Shown here one piece after another: positions 1 to 7,709 of a stretch of DNA of 25,282 nucleotides. The first letter of the stretch is position 1, and every line of letters starts with the position of its first letter. Position numbers and translations under genes: made by a program. Under the pieces are notes generated by a model that did not search any database, was not told where the DNA came from, and worked only from the letters and a program-made list of their open reading frames with translations. Source of the stretch: a virus (taxonomy: Duplodnaviria > Caudoviricetes); the IMG/VR virus record IMGVR_UViG_3300005805_000449, positions 1-25,282 of that record, one strand, 5' to 3'.

Positions 1-58
1 GGTGCAACATTTCCATGAAGTCAACACGGCGCTGGTCAAGTTCAACAGGCGTCAGCAT
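1..58 (-). CDS. Small phage protein, runs off window edge (MLTPVELDQRRVDFMEMLH...)
   Basis: ATG at 58 overlapping the end of ORF 42..242; open to the window edge; not in the ORF track. Confidence 0.6.
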   Translation of the reverse strand, partial: MLTPVELDQRRVDFMEMLH

Positions 59-242
59 GGCTTTTAGCGATTGCAAGGGCTTCTGATCTGGTGTCGCAAA
101 GGGGGCCGTACCAAACGGCGGTGCCATCCCAGCACCAAGGCTGAAAGGCGGACATCACACCGTAACCGACCCAATCAGCTCCGTAGCAATGATGCCTAGG
201 GCTGTCGTAAAACTCTTGGGTGGCCTTAATTGGCGGCGTCAT
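42..242 (-). CDS. Hypothetical phage protein (66 aa)
   Basis: Tiles with neighbours in the leftward operon. Confidence 0.7.
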   Translation of the reverse strand: MTPPIKATQEFYDSPRHHCYGADWVGYGVMSAFQPWCWDGTAVWYGPLCDTRSEALAIAKSHADAC

Positions 243-423
243 TGGCTATCGGGCAGTTGCCTTGTTGATAGCGAATAAAGGGCTGCAGTGCAGCGTACAT
301 ACGGGCACAGTGGTCAATGGTTAGTTCGTTGAACCGTGGCGCCCAGTATTCCGCCAAACATTGCTGCAGGATGGCCTCAATTTCTTTGGTAGAGATCGCA
401 GATGGTGGCAAAGGTTGGTTCAT
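226..423 (-). CDS. Hypothetical phage protein (65 aa)
   Basis: Tiles in the operon; overlaps both neighbours. Confidence 0.65.
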   Translation of the reverse strand: MNQPLPPSAISTKEIEAILQQCLAEYWAPRFNELTIDHCARMYAALQPFIRYQQGNCPIANDAAN

Positions 424-709
424 CTATGGCCTCGGGAAAGCCATAAGCGCATTCACCATGTTGGTATTCGGTGCAGTTGTGGCAATGTTTGGATTGTTGA
501 ATGTAATCTTTGCGGATTGATTCTTTAACCCGAACTGGTACACGCGGCACGTCGGGGCAAATATCAGTCCAGTTTTTACCGTTGCGAATCAATGAAATTG
601 CCTGCCGTGTTACCCCGTATTTTGCCGCCAGTGCAGAGTTTGGCTCTGTTGACTGCAGGATTTGAGTTACAACAGCAGGCGTTAATTTTGTTCGCCTTAC
701 CCGTGCCAT
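377..709 (-). CDS. HTH DNA-binding protein with C-terminal Cys cluster (110 aa)
   Basis: LTPAVVTQI...NSALAAKYGVTRQAISLIRNGKNW resembles the C-terminal HTH of phage HNH endonucleases; CHNC..C..C tail. Start moved to ATG 709 (TGATG coupling). Confidence 0.75.
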   Translation of the reverse strand: MARVRRTKLTPAVVTQILQSTEPNSALAAKYGVTRQAISLIRNGKNWTDICPDVPRVPVRVKESIRKDYIQQSKHCHNCTEYQHGECAYGFPEAIDEPTFATICDLYQRN

Positions 710-888
710 CAAAAAGCAGGTAGTTTGACCTCTTTGGCTTCCATGGGTTGCCGCCATTTAATAAAGCGGTAATACGGCCCCCATTCGTCAAAAGCAATTT
801 GTTTGGCTTCTGTTGGGCCGTAGGCATCTACCCAGTTGTAGATATTGGCGTCGGGGATTTCAAAATAGAAGCGACGTAGTTTGGTCAT
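709..888 (-). CDS. Hypothetical protein (59 aa, MTKLRRFYFEIPDANIYNWV...KLPAF)
   Basis: Read manually; ATGA overlap upstream (885-888) and TGATG overlap downstream. Confidence 0.8.
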   Translation of the reverse strand: MTKLRRFYFEIPDANIYNWVDAYGPTEAKQIAFDEWGPYYRFIKWRQPMEAKEVKLPAF

Positions 889-1184
889 CGGTTTTCAATG
901 GGTCGTTTGGAGAGGTAAAGCTGAGAAATTTTGTAGACGGCGCCAGAGTCAAAGGCTTGGACTAAGTAGGTTGGCCAAGTGCAACCTTCAACCCTGTCAA
1001 CAATGGTGGCTTCATAGGCAGGCCAGCCACGGACGTAGCAGGGCATACCTGCGTTGAATTTCCAAAGTGGGCGTTCAGCGCGGACGCCGCGACTATTGGG
1101 CGACATCTTGTAGGTCTTTTGGCCGGTCGGGATGGTTGAAACGACAATGCCGGAGCACTGAGCGGTTAAAACAACGAGACTCAT
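885..1184 (-). CDS. Hypothetical protein (99 aa), possibly small beta-barrel
   Basis: ATG 1184 in ATGA overlap with the upstream gene. Confidence 0.75.
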   Translation of the reverse strand: MSLVVLTAQCSGIVVSTIPTGQKTYKMSPNSRGVRAERPLWKFNAGMPCYVRGWPAYEATIVDRVEGCTWPTYLVQAFDSGAVYKISQLYLSKRPIENR

Positions 1185-1339
1185 TTTGGGCAATCTGGAT
1201 GAATGGACGGGTGAATTGGACAGTTGATTTGAGTTCCGCTGTGTTGCGGGGTTTGGAGTGTGAGGCCGTCATGGATGATGACAGCAAAAATTGCGGCAGG
1301 CAGCAGAAACACAAAGATGCTGCAAATGCGATTCTTCAT
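1181..1339 (-). CDS. Small protein with N-terminal hydrophobic segment (52 aa, MKNRICSIFVFLLPAAIFAVII...)
   Basis: Read manually; first gene after a hairpin plus CA-rich leader; ATGA coupling to the next gene. Confidence 0.75.
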   Translation of the reverse strand: MKNRICSIFVFLLPAAIFAVIIHDGLTLQTPQHSGTQINCPIHPSIHPDCPK

Positions 1340-1412
1340 GGCTTTGTGTGGTGAATCGGTTGGCCGGGTCGCCCCGGTGCGTCAAAGATAACGGATGTGC
1401 AAGCGGTTGCAA
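1340..1412 (-). promoter_or_regulatory. Leader with GCGA-tetraloop hairpin and possible weak promoter
   Basis: On - strand TTGCAA-N16-TATCTT, then CCGGG-GCGA-CCCGG (1364-1377), then CACCACACAAAGCC-ATG. Confidence 0.5.
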
Positions 1413-1485
1413 GGGGGAAATTCGCCTTGTCGCAATTTTTAGCCTTGTTGCAACGCCTAGCGTTAATGTGCTATGCGCCAATCCA

Positions 1486-1713
1486 GTGGACGACAACGCT
1501 TGGGAGTGGATGCTGTTAAAACCTGATCCATCGTCGGCGTTCAACGTCGAAAAAGAGGCCCGACGCCTAGAGAGCACTCCAAACGCCGGACCTATTGCCG
1601 CTCAGTTATTTAGAGCGTGGAACATGCAGCAAACGCTGCTGCAGCAAGCCACCAACAGGATCGCAGCCCTAGAGCTGCAACTGATGGAGCGTGACCGTCA
1701 GGCCGGAACCTGA
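1486..1713 (+). CDS. Small helical protein (75 aa, MDDNAWEWMLLKPD...), lone + strand gene in the early arm
   Basis: GTG 1486 in frame with track ORF 1291..1713; fills the gap between - strand genes; coiled-coil-like C-terminus. Confidence 0.7.
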   Translation: MDDNAWEWMLLKPDPSSAFNVEKEARRLESTPNAGPIAAQLFRAWNMQQTLLQQATNRIAALELQLMERDRQAGT

Positions 1714-2039
1714 ACCTCCTTCCACGTCTTCCCGTATTTGATCAGGTTGACGGTGGTGACGTGAACGCCGTAATCCCGAGCAATCTTTGCGGCTGATTCG
1801 TTGCCGGCAGCCAGACGCCGCTTGATCTCTACAACCTGAGCGGTGTTGAGCATGACGCGACGAGCACGGGCCTTGCGGCGTTGTTTTACGACCGGCTTGG
1901 GCGCCTGAGCACTGGCTTCGGTGACGGTCTTGGGCTGTGCAGCGGTGGCCTTAATGACCTGTGCGCTGTCAATAATGGTGCGAATCTGATTGATTCGATT
2001 GGTCAGTTCGACGAGTTGAGCGTCAGTAAGAATGATCAT
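1698..2039 (-). CDS. HTH DNA-binding protein (113 aa)
   Basis: LNTAQVVEIKRRL...SAAKIARDYGVHVTTVNLIKYGKTW; same HTH type as 377..709. Confidence 0.8.
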   Translation of the reverse strand: MIILTDAQLVELTNRINQIRTIIDSAQVIKATAAQPKTVTEASAQAPKPVVKQRRKARARRVMLNTAQVVEIKRRLAAGNESAAKIARDYGVHVTTVNLIKYGKTWKEVQVPA

Positions 2040-2048
2040 GGTGGTAAA

Positions 2049-2330
2049 TCAGAAGAGGTCGGTTTCGGCTTTGGGGCGCTGTTCGCTGATGGCCAGTTTC
2101 AGGTATTCACGGCCAGAGGATTCAGCAGTGCGAGGCATCAGATTGGCGCGGAGCTTCACGCAGGCTTCGCCGCGTTGGTTCTGCACAGGGTCTTGCTTGA
2201 GCGCCCAGTTGTAGAGCTTCTCAAGTTCCTCCACGGGAATTTCAGCGGCTGCCCAGTAGTGCCCATCTTTTTTCTGATCGGGCATACAGTTAAACCAAAG
2301 GGTGAACTCGTTTTTGGGATAGTCAACCAT
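2049..2330 (-). CDS. Probable single-stranded DNA-binding protein (93 aa)
   Basis: Beta-rich, SGREYLKLAISE motif, acidic-aromatic tail ETDLF, two genes from the annealing protein; function inferred. Confidence 0.55.
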   Translation of the reverse strand: MVDYPKNEFTLWFNCMPDQKKDGHYWAAAEIPVEELEKLYNWALKQDPVQNQRGEACVKLRANLMPRTAESSGREYLKLAISEQRPKAETDLF

Positions 2331-2505
2331 GAGTGGCGAAAAAGGTAGTGATGATGTGGCGAAGAGCTTGGTTGATGTTCTGCCCTGATTTAGTGCAGTA
2401 CGACCGAAGCTGGCGGTGCAGATCAGCCGAAAGTTTGGCCGCTACAACGAAGCGGTTTTTCTTCCGGTTGATTTCAGTGGGTGATTTGGGCTTGGGCGCC
2501 CTCAT
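2323..2505 (-). CDS. Ribbon-helix-helix-like DNA-binding protein (60 aa)
   Basis: FVVAAKLSADLHRQLRSYC..SGQNINQALRHII fits a strand-helix-G-helix pattern. Confidence 0.65.
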   Translation of the reverse strand: MRAPKPKSPTEINRKKNRFVVAAKLSADLHRQLRSYCTKSGQNINQALRHIITTFFATHG

Positions 2506-3212
2506 GGGTTCTGCGCGATGTAGGTGTCAATAAATTCCTTGTGTTCAGGGAATTGAATACGATCAGCGATACGCGGAGCGATGATCTTGAAATGCTTTTT
2601 GAAGGCAGTAATCAATTCATCACGTTTCTCGTATGCCTTAACGGCAGCCTTGACCTCTTCCACCTGTTCATCGGTCAGAAACACGACCTTTGATTCGGGC
2701 TTAGGTTCGGCCTTGGCTTTGGCCTTGGGCTGAGTGTCCCGCACTTGGGACGGTTCTTTCGGAACGTCTTGCTGTAAGGCGGGCTTACCAGCTTCCTCCC
2801 GATGTGGGTTTTCTACTGGCTCTCGCGCCCAGAGCTGCCAAGCAAGGCCAAACTGAGCAGCAGCAGCAGTGCAGAGGCAGCGGCGATGCGCGTCTGTGAG
2901 ATCGCGGGCCGTGACCTTTTCAAAAAGGATGGCGTTATTGCGGTTATCCATGATCGCCTGCGGGAAGGGCGGCGTATCGGATCCGTTGATGTGCTCAAAG
3001 CACCCGACCACATAAGCGGTTCCGTCGGGAGCCTTCCAAACGTGGCCGGTCTCCTCGTGAGCCTTGAGAGCAAATTGCCATCCGGGAGCATTGTCATGCA
3101 GCAGGTGGGTAACGCGGCACCAGTTGACGTAATCAGCGGCGTAAGAGCCAGTGCCCTTCGTTGATACGTCAGCCTGCGTAATGACAGCCCCGAGGTTGGG
3201 GTATTCGGTCAT
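2502..3212 (-). CDS. Single-strand annealing protein, Sak3/DUF1071-like
   Basis: DYVNW, AIMDNRNNAI, DAHRRCLCTAAAAQFGLAWQLWARE match my recollection of the DUF1071 core. Confidence 0.75.
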   Translation of the reverse strand: MTEYPNLGAVITQADVSTKGTGSYAADYVNWCRVTHLLHDNAPGWQFALKAHEETGHVWKAPDGTAYVVGCFEHINGSDTPPFPQAIMDNRNNAILFEKVTARDLTDAHRRCLCTAAAAQFGLAWQLWAREPVENPHREEAGKPALQQDVPKEPSQVRDTQPKAKAKAEPKPESKVVFLTDEQVEEVKAAVKAYEKRDELITAFKKHFKIIAPRIADRIQFPEHKEFIDTYIAQNP

Positions 3213-3261
3213 AGGGGTTGTGTGCGGTTGTCGGATTGAGGACGGGGCTTCGGACCCAGAC

Positions 3262-3292
3262 GGAGTATACCCCTAAATTCAACGGAGCGCAA
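3262..3292 (-). promoter_or_regulatory. Sigma70-type promoter with overlapping palindromic operator candidate
   Basis: TTGCGC (3287-3292)-N17-TATACT (3264-3269); GGAGTATACCCCTAA at 3262-3276. Confidence 0.65.
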
Positions 3293-4019
3293 CCCAGTGA
3301 TACCCAGCAACCCTGTGCCCCTTTCTCGCTGCCCCGTGGATGGCCGATGGATCGACAAAGAATATCCGCGCCGCCGCCCGACAACTTGGGTATACGTTTC
3401 CAGTTTCAACGCACTTCACCTTGGTTGGGTTGTAACGGTTGGGCTTGCGCTGAATTGGCTGCTCCATGATCAAATCAATCAGCTCTTCGTTTTCCAGTAC
3501 GACAAACAGACCGTCTCGCTTGAATTCCCTAAATAACCCCGGATTCTTCCGTGCAAATCGCTTTAGCTCAACGCGGCTTACAAAATACGGCTGGTTTCGA
3601 TGGTTCGATTCTTTTTTGGCCTTTAGCCCTTGCTTGACCAACTTGAACATCGCGTGCCGTGTTGCACCGAACAGATCAGCTAGTTGATGCAGCGTGTACC
3701 AATCAATTTCTGGCATCAGCGGAATGCCCATTGATTGCATCTTCGCCCGCAATGACGCCTCACTTCGCTTGGGCAGACCAGCCTTTGCCGCCATGTTGCA
3801 ATAGGTCATATACAACATCCTTGGCGGAAGTGAAAGGCTTAGGTGCTCAATAATTTCAACCTCGGCCTTTGTCCATTTCTTTGCTGTTTGCCCAACCAAT
3901 CTGCGGTGGCAAATCAGGCTGCATGTTTTGCGTGGACTTTTAACGTTACCCCTCAGAAGCGGGATGTTGAAAACGGTCTGACAGATGACGCATTGGCGCA
4001 GATACTTTGAACCCTTCAC
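3279..4019 (-). CDS. Multi-module DNA-binding protein (Zn ribbon, helical core, NUMOD1-like C-terminus)
   Basis: CVIC...CSLIC; KKWTKAE; YTLHQLADLFGATRHAM (HTH-like); KVKCVETGNVYPSCRAAAR...GYHW (NUMOD1-like). GTG start overlaps the rusA stop. Confidence 0.7.
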   Translation of the reverse strand: MKGSKYLRQCVICQTVFNIPLLRGNVKSPRKTCSLICHRRLVGQTAKKWTKAEVEIIEHLSLSLPPRMLYMTYCNMAAKAGLPKRSEASLRAKMQSMGIPLMPEIDWYTLHQLADLFGATRHAMFKLVKQGLKAKKESNHRNQPYFVSRVELKRFARKNPGLFREFKRDGLFVVLENEELIDLIMEQPIQRKPNRYNPTKVKCVETGNVYPSCRAAARIFFVDPSAIHGAARKGHRVAGYHWVALR

Positions 4020-4426
4020 AGTGGATTGATGGTGATTAGTGCTCCTGGCAGTTCGCCTTCGTTGGCGTAAATTTTCGTGCAGATCAAATTAACAACCTGC
4101 GAATCGTCTTTTAATAGGACATTCGTGAGGCCATCCAAGGTTGAACGGCACAGCTTATCAAGATCGGGCTTGGTCTGTTTGTAGAGCGGCGCCGTCTGCT
4201 TTAGCTGGCCTTTGCTGTTGTAATGCGATTTCGGCCTGCTGAACATGAACGTGATCTGCACCATCACGGGTCGATCAACCAGTTGCCAACCAGTTTCAAG
4301 TGCAGCCTGACTGACGGCAAATCGCCAAGGCTTGACCTTTTTAGATGCTTCGATCATGCGGCCATTGCCAACATGGCGCTTGCTGCCTTGCGGTGCGGGC
4401 TCAATACCCTGTACGGCAAACTTCAT
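4016..4426 (-). CDS. rusA: RusA-family Holliday junction resolvase (136 aa)
   Basis: PAPQGSKR, KPDLDKLCRSTLDGLT, DDSQVV motifs; start moved to ATG 4426. Confidence 0.92.
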   Translation of the reverse strand: MKFAVQGIEPAPQGSKRHVGNGRMIEASKKVKPWRFAVSQAALETGWQLVDRPVMVQITFMFSRPKSHYNSKGQLKQTAPLYKQTKPDLDKLCRSTLDGLTNVLLKDDSQVVNLICTKIYANEGELPGALITINPL

Positions 4427-4542
4427 CGGCCCGAGGTGCTGTAGCAGCGTTCCAAGTAATTGACTGGACTGCCAACGTTCACTTTGACAACATCGGGCCG
4501 TGTTGACAGCATCCACAACAAAAAGCGTGTGAACAGTGTCAA
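4423..4542 (-). CDS. Small hypothetical protein (39 aa, MTLFTRFLLWMLSTRPD...)
   Basis: TTG start just after the upstream stop; ATGA coupling to rusA; exactly fills the gap. Confidence 0.55.
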   Translation of the reverse strand: MTLFTRFLLWMLSTRPDVVKVNVGSPVNYLERCYSTSGR

Positions 4543-4543
4543 G

Positions 4544-4765
4544 TCATGTGGGTTGTTGGTCATCAGGTGAGTTTTTCAAACAGCGTTCAAGGTGGATCTT
4601 GTCGTTGATGCGTTGGTAATACAGGCTGTTGACCGTATCGCGTCTTTTCAAAGTGATTAAGTAGCTGGTCAACTCAGAAACGGCGCTGATGTATTGAGCT
4701 TTGTCCCGTAGGTCGTACTTGGCGAGGATGGCGTCAATCCGGCGATCTACGGGATGGTCGGCCAT
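4544..4765 (-). CDS. Hypothetical protein (73 aa)
   Basis: Abuts the upstream stop. Confidence 0.75.
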   Translation of the reverse strand: MADHPVDRRIDAILAKYDLRDKAQYISAVSELTSYLITLKRRDTVNSLYYQRINDKIHLERCLKNSPDDQQPT

Positions 4766-5074
4766 TTAGAACTCTGCCTTTGGCAGCGTAACCCTCCAGT
4801 ATTCTGTTTCCTTCTTTGTGGCCACGCCTTCAAACTGCTCTAGCTGCTGCAGCTCCTTCACGGCCTTGCTGTAACTCCAACTGGTGCGGGTACAACGGGT
4901 GACCTTGACCCCCTCGCCAATCAGGTTGCCGTCATCGTCTTTGATGGCGTCTAAATCGCCGGAGGCGTAGAGCGCGGTTAAGTCGTCCATCAACGCCTTT
5001 AACTTTTCCTCTTGATAGGCAATTTCCAGCTTGACGCTGGCGATGTCGAATAGAAGCTGTGCGTGGTCGGTCAT
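4766..5074 (-). CDS. Hypothetical phage protein (102 aa, coiled-coil N-terminus)
   Basis: ATGA coupling; typical codon usage. Confidence 0.8.
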   Translation of the reverse strand: MTDHAQLLFDIASVKLEIAYQEEKLKALMDDLTALYASGDLDAIKDDDGNLIGEGVKVTRCTRTSWSYSKAVKELQQLEQFEGVATKKETEYWRVTLPKAEF

Positions 5075-5241
5075 GGCAAGTCGTTGAATTTGGTGGTGGG
5101 GTCGTCAATCAGGTCTTGATACGCCTTGGTTTTGCCGTACATCCATGCGTCAACGGATTGACCGTCTTTCGGACCGTTCGGCTTGAGCTTGGTGACCTTG
5201 AACTCAGTGGCCGCAGTCCAAGACTGCTTTTTCTTGAGCAT
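5071..5241 (-). CDS. Small basic protein (56 aa, MLKKKQSW...)
   Basis: ATG 5241 lies downstream of the promoter at 5271-5300; the longer track start falls inside that promoter. Confidence 0.7.
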   Translation of the reverse strand: MLKKKQSWTAATEFKVTKLKPNGPKDGQSVDAWMYGKTKAYQDLIDDPTTKFNDLP

Positions 5242-5268
5242 TTCCTGCGTGGGGGCATCGCTGCAAAA

Positions 5269-5300
5269 GGAGTATACCCCTAAGGGCAAGGGGCTGTCAA
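5269..5300 (-). promoter_or_regulatory. Near-consensus sigma70 promoter with overlapping operator candidate
   Basis: TTGACA (5295-5300)-N18-TATACT (5271-5276); GGAGTATACCCCTAA at 5269-5283, identical to 3262-3276. Confidence 0.8.
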
Positions 5301-5389
5301 TCCTGCGTCCCGACCCACGCCAACAGCACCATCACGCCCAGCAGCCCAACGGCCAGCAGCACCCCAACAGACCAAACAGGTTCCGTCAT
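5297..5389 (-). CDS. 30-aa single-pass membrane peptide (MTEPVWSVGVLLAVGLLGVMVLLAWVGTQD)
   Basis: TGATG coupling to the nuclease stop; continuous hydrophobic stretch. Confidence 0.65.
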   Translation of the reverse strand: MTEPVWSVGVLLAVGLLGVMVLLAWVGTQD

Positions 5390-6069
5390 CAGAACTCCGG
5401 CTGGTTCAGCATCAGGAACGCATCTCTGGCGCCCTGCCATTCAATAACGGCCTCGTCAACGTCCACCTTCTGCAACGTCGTTGCTCCGGGCCTTGACCAC
5501 AGCACCCCAGCCTTCTGTACGTACAGCTTCGGCCAGTGCAGGCTCAGCATCCCCAAATACCCGCCCAACTGCGGGCTCACGTCGTACGGGCTGGAATCCG
5601 CTCTGCTCTGCGTCTTCAGATCCACCAGCACCAACTGCGTGTGATCATCCTTGCGCCGCAGCAGGCAATCAAAGCTGCCGGCAATGCTGCGCTCTACATC
5701 GCACAACCTGTATTCACAGGCAATGGCCTCGTAGGTCTGCCAAACGGAATGCTCCAGCAACGGTTCAATCCATTCGTTGTATTCCGCTGGATACTCGCCA
5801 GCGTCACCAGTCGTCAGGAAGTCCTCTAACGCCTTGTGTACCGTCTTCCCCCGAGGCTCCCAAATATGTTTCGTCTCCATAATCCGCTTCATCGCCCAAG
5901 CATCTTTCTTGCTCTTGCAAACTTGGGTCACTGAATGATTCAGCCACTTCCCAGTCGGTTCGTGGTAATACCGGTGCGCCTCCTCGTTGAACAGGATCGG
6001 CAGTGGCTTCAACCACCGCGAAGTCTCTGGGGCTGACGATTTCGACGCGCTCTGTTGGTGTGGGCTCAT
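5389..6069 (-). CDS. PD-(D/E)XK (Cas4/RecB-like) exonuclease
   Basis: FNEEAHRY, SVTQV, RGKTVHKALE, IAGSFDCLL, VDLKT, QLGGY; start uncertain (ATG 6069 or TTG near 6012). Confidence 0.88.
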   Translation of the reverse strand: MSPHQQSASKSSAPETSRWLKPLPILFNEEAHRYYHEPTGKWLNHSVTQVCKSKKDAWAMKRIMETKHIWEPRGKTVHKALEDFLTTGDAGEYPAEYNEWIEPLLEHSVWQTYEAIACEYRLCDVERSIAGSFDCLLRRKDDHTQLVLVDLKTQSRADSSPYDVSPQLGGYLGMLSLHWPKLYVQKAGVLWSRPGATTLQKVDVDEAVIEWQGARDAFLMLNQPEF

Positions 6070-6244
6070 CTCTGAGAAGGTTGCGGTACGTGGGCGGTGT
6101 GAAGCCGGGAATGCGCTTGGCATCCTCCATTGTGATGACCCAGCCCCGCGATGGGATGTCAAGATCCTGAAGCGTCCAGTGCCCAGCGTCCACCCCACGA
6201 CGGAGTAGACGCCGAACCTCTGCCAGCTCAAACGCCGGTTTCAT
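5804..6244 (-). CDS. Hypothetical phage protein (146 aa) overlapping the nuclease gene
   Basis: ATG start overlapping the upstream RHH gene end; protein-like N-terminus VRRLLRRGVDAGHWTLQDLD. Confidence 0.7.
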   Translation of the reverse strand: MKPAFELAEVRRLLRRGVDAGHWTLQDLDIPSRGWVITMEDAKRIPGFTPPTYRNLLRDEPTPTERVEIVSPRDFAVVEATADPVQRGGAPVLPRTDWEVAESFSDPSLQEQERCLGDEADYGDETYLGASGEDGTQGVRGLPDDW

Positions 6245-6380
6245 CTTTATCTAGCTCGCGCTTAATCACTTCACGAACCCAAGTTGTAACCGGCATATCT
6301 CTTTTGCTTGCCTCTCGCTTTGCTGCCTCATACAAGTTTGGCAACATCGTTACCGCTAGAAACTTTCGTTTGGTTTGCAT
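6228..6380 (-). CDS. Ribbon-helix-helix-like protein (50 aa, MQTKRKFLAVTMLPNLYEAAKREASKRDMPVTTWVREVIKRELDKDETGV)
   Basis: Read manually; strand-helix-helix pattern; below the track cutoff. Confidence 0.75.
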   Translation of the reverse strand: MQTKRKFLAVTMLPNLYEAAKREASKRDMPVTTWVREVIKRELDKDETGV

Positions 6381-7314
6381 TGTTTTTAGATGACGAAAGA
6401 AATTTGTTCCCGCGCTTAGCGTGACGCGGCAAAGTTTTGTCTAAACGATGAAGTAATTTTTTGTATGCCTTTGGATCATCGGACTTGCTGGCGGTGTTGG
6501 CAAGTTGATTGGTTACTGCCATCACGATTCCCTTTACGTGATCGCGGAGGCCATCGGTCATCAACTGGCTATGGGTGTACTGACGCCAACCGCTTGCCGG
6601 ATCAGAGGGGTTCAGGTCTTTGAGTGCATCGTAAATTTCCTTGGGCAGACGGTGGTAAACCAGTTCCGCTAGGCAGGTTCTGGCGTAGTTGTGGCCGATG
6701 GCGACGCCGGTAACGCGGGCGAAGTGCTTGTGAAACTCCCGCCCGAACATTGGGAAGTGGCTGGCGGTATCAAGGCGAATGCCCCATTCCAGCAATCGTT
6801 CCTCCGTTGTTCGCGCATCGGTAACACCAAAGGCCTCTTGGTAGGCGCGTTCAAGTGAATGAATTGCGGATAGGCCAAGCAACTCAAGTGCCTGACGTGA
6901 ATATTTGCCGCCGCCGATTGCAATGTGCTTCCACGCTTCAACAACCATCGGAAGGTTGATCGTGTAGGCGTAATTACCGCTGTGGCCAGCAACATTCGGG
7001 CAGATGATCGGCAGGATGACCGGCTGGGGGTCATGGCCTTTTTCGGACTTTGTGAGGCCAGAATCCAGTTGCTGCAAGGCTTCTTGGGTCAGGCCCGTCA
7101 GGACCGCAGACGATCCCTTGTAGCGCGGAATCAGCATCCGCTGAATCAACTTGGATCCTTCGGCGCCCAGTGCGCGTTCGGTGCTGGTGATCGACTGGCG
7201 AAAACTGCCGTCTTCCAGCATGTAACCGTCAAGGGTGACGGGACCAAAGGAAATGGTCTTGGGGTACGCAACGACAGGTTTAATGCCTTGCGTTAGATCA
7301 GCTAACGATGCCAT
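6328..7314 (-). CDS. P63C-domain protein (antirepressor-associated family)
   Basis: LDGYMLEDG near N-terminus; FGREFHKHFAR, LVYHRLPKEIYDALKDLNP...RQYTHSQLMT match the P63C pattern. Confidence 0.8.
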   Translation of the reverse strand: MASLADLTQGIKPVVAYPKTISFGPVTLDGYMLEDGSFRQSITSTERALGAEGSKLIQRMLIPRYKGSSAVLTGLTQEALQQLDSGLTKSEKGHDPQPVILPIICPNVAGHSGNYAYTINLPMVVEAWKHIAIGGGKYSRQALELLGLSAIHSLERAYQEAFGVTDARTTEERLLEWGIRLDTASHFPMFGREFHKHFARVTGVAIGHNYARTCLAELVYHRLPKEIYDALKDLNPSDPASGWRQYTHSQLMTDGLRDHVKGIVMAVTNQLANTASKSDDPKAYKKLLHRLDKTLPRHAKRGNKFLSSSKNNANQTKVSSGNDVAKLV

Positions 7315-7324
7315 GATGAATTAA

Positions 7325-7425
7325 GCCGTGGCCAACGGCGTAGAAGTGGCCCGGTCGGGTGAACGGGGTGGCTGCAACCACCCTGCCCGTTGAACAGTTA
7401 TAGCGCAATGGTGGGCTGGCGTCAA
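7325..7425 (-). promoter_or_regulatory. Promoter and structured 5' leader of the P63C gene
   Basis: TTGACG (7420-7425)-N17-TATAAC (7397-7402); hairpins at 7366-7383 and 7325-7339. Confidence 0.6.
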
Positions 7426-7709
7426 ATCTCCCGCCAAAGCCGTTCACGGTCGGCACGGTCACGCTCAGCAGCGGCCATGGGGTGCAGCACGTAGCGGGCC
7501 GCCTGCGGGCTCTTCGGGTCGTCAGCGCCGACATTCGGGCAAAAGGTCAGGTACAGGCCTGAGTCGTCGTACTTGCCCATGGGATGGCCGTAACAGGCAT
7601 CAGGCGGGGCCGTGCGGCTTGTGGTCACGGAATAGGACACGGCGCGGGTCTTGGCATCGGCGGTCTGCCAGACGTATTTGCCCTTGTTCTCGGGTGCGTA
7701 CAGCTTCAT
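7422..7709 (-). CDS. Hypothetical protein (95 aa)
   Basis: Strong codon bias; follows the replication gene. Confidence 0.8.
   Translation of the reverse strand: MKLYAPENKGKYVWQTADAKTRAVSYSVTTSRTAPPDACYGHPMGKYDDSGLYLTFCPNVGADDPKSPQAARYVLHPMAAAERDRADRERLWREI

Noticed and set aside
1291-1485. N-terminal extension of track ORF 1291..1713
   Set aside because: Overlaps a - strand gene and its leader; GTG 1486 is more plausible.
3388-3397. Partial operator-like GGGTATAC (also GGGTATATTCCC near 10234)
   Set aside because: Incomplete palindromes, the first inside a CDS; likely chance or at most weak sites.
3209-3409. 66-aa - strand ORF
   Set aside because: Overlaps the 3279..4019 gene and the promoter/leader; not protein-like.
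5389-6069. Cas4 as sign of a CRISPR system
   Set aside because: No Fe-S cysteine cluster, other cas genes or repeat-spacer array; fits a phage recombination exonuclease.
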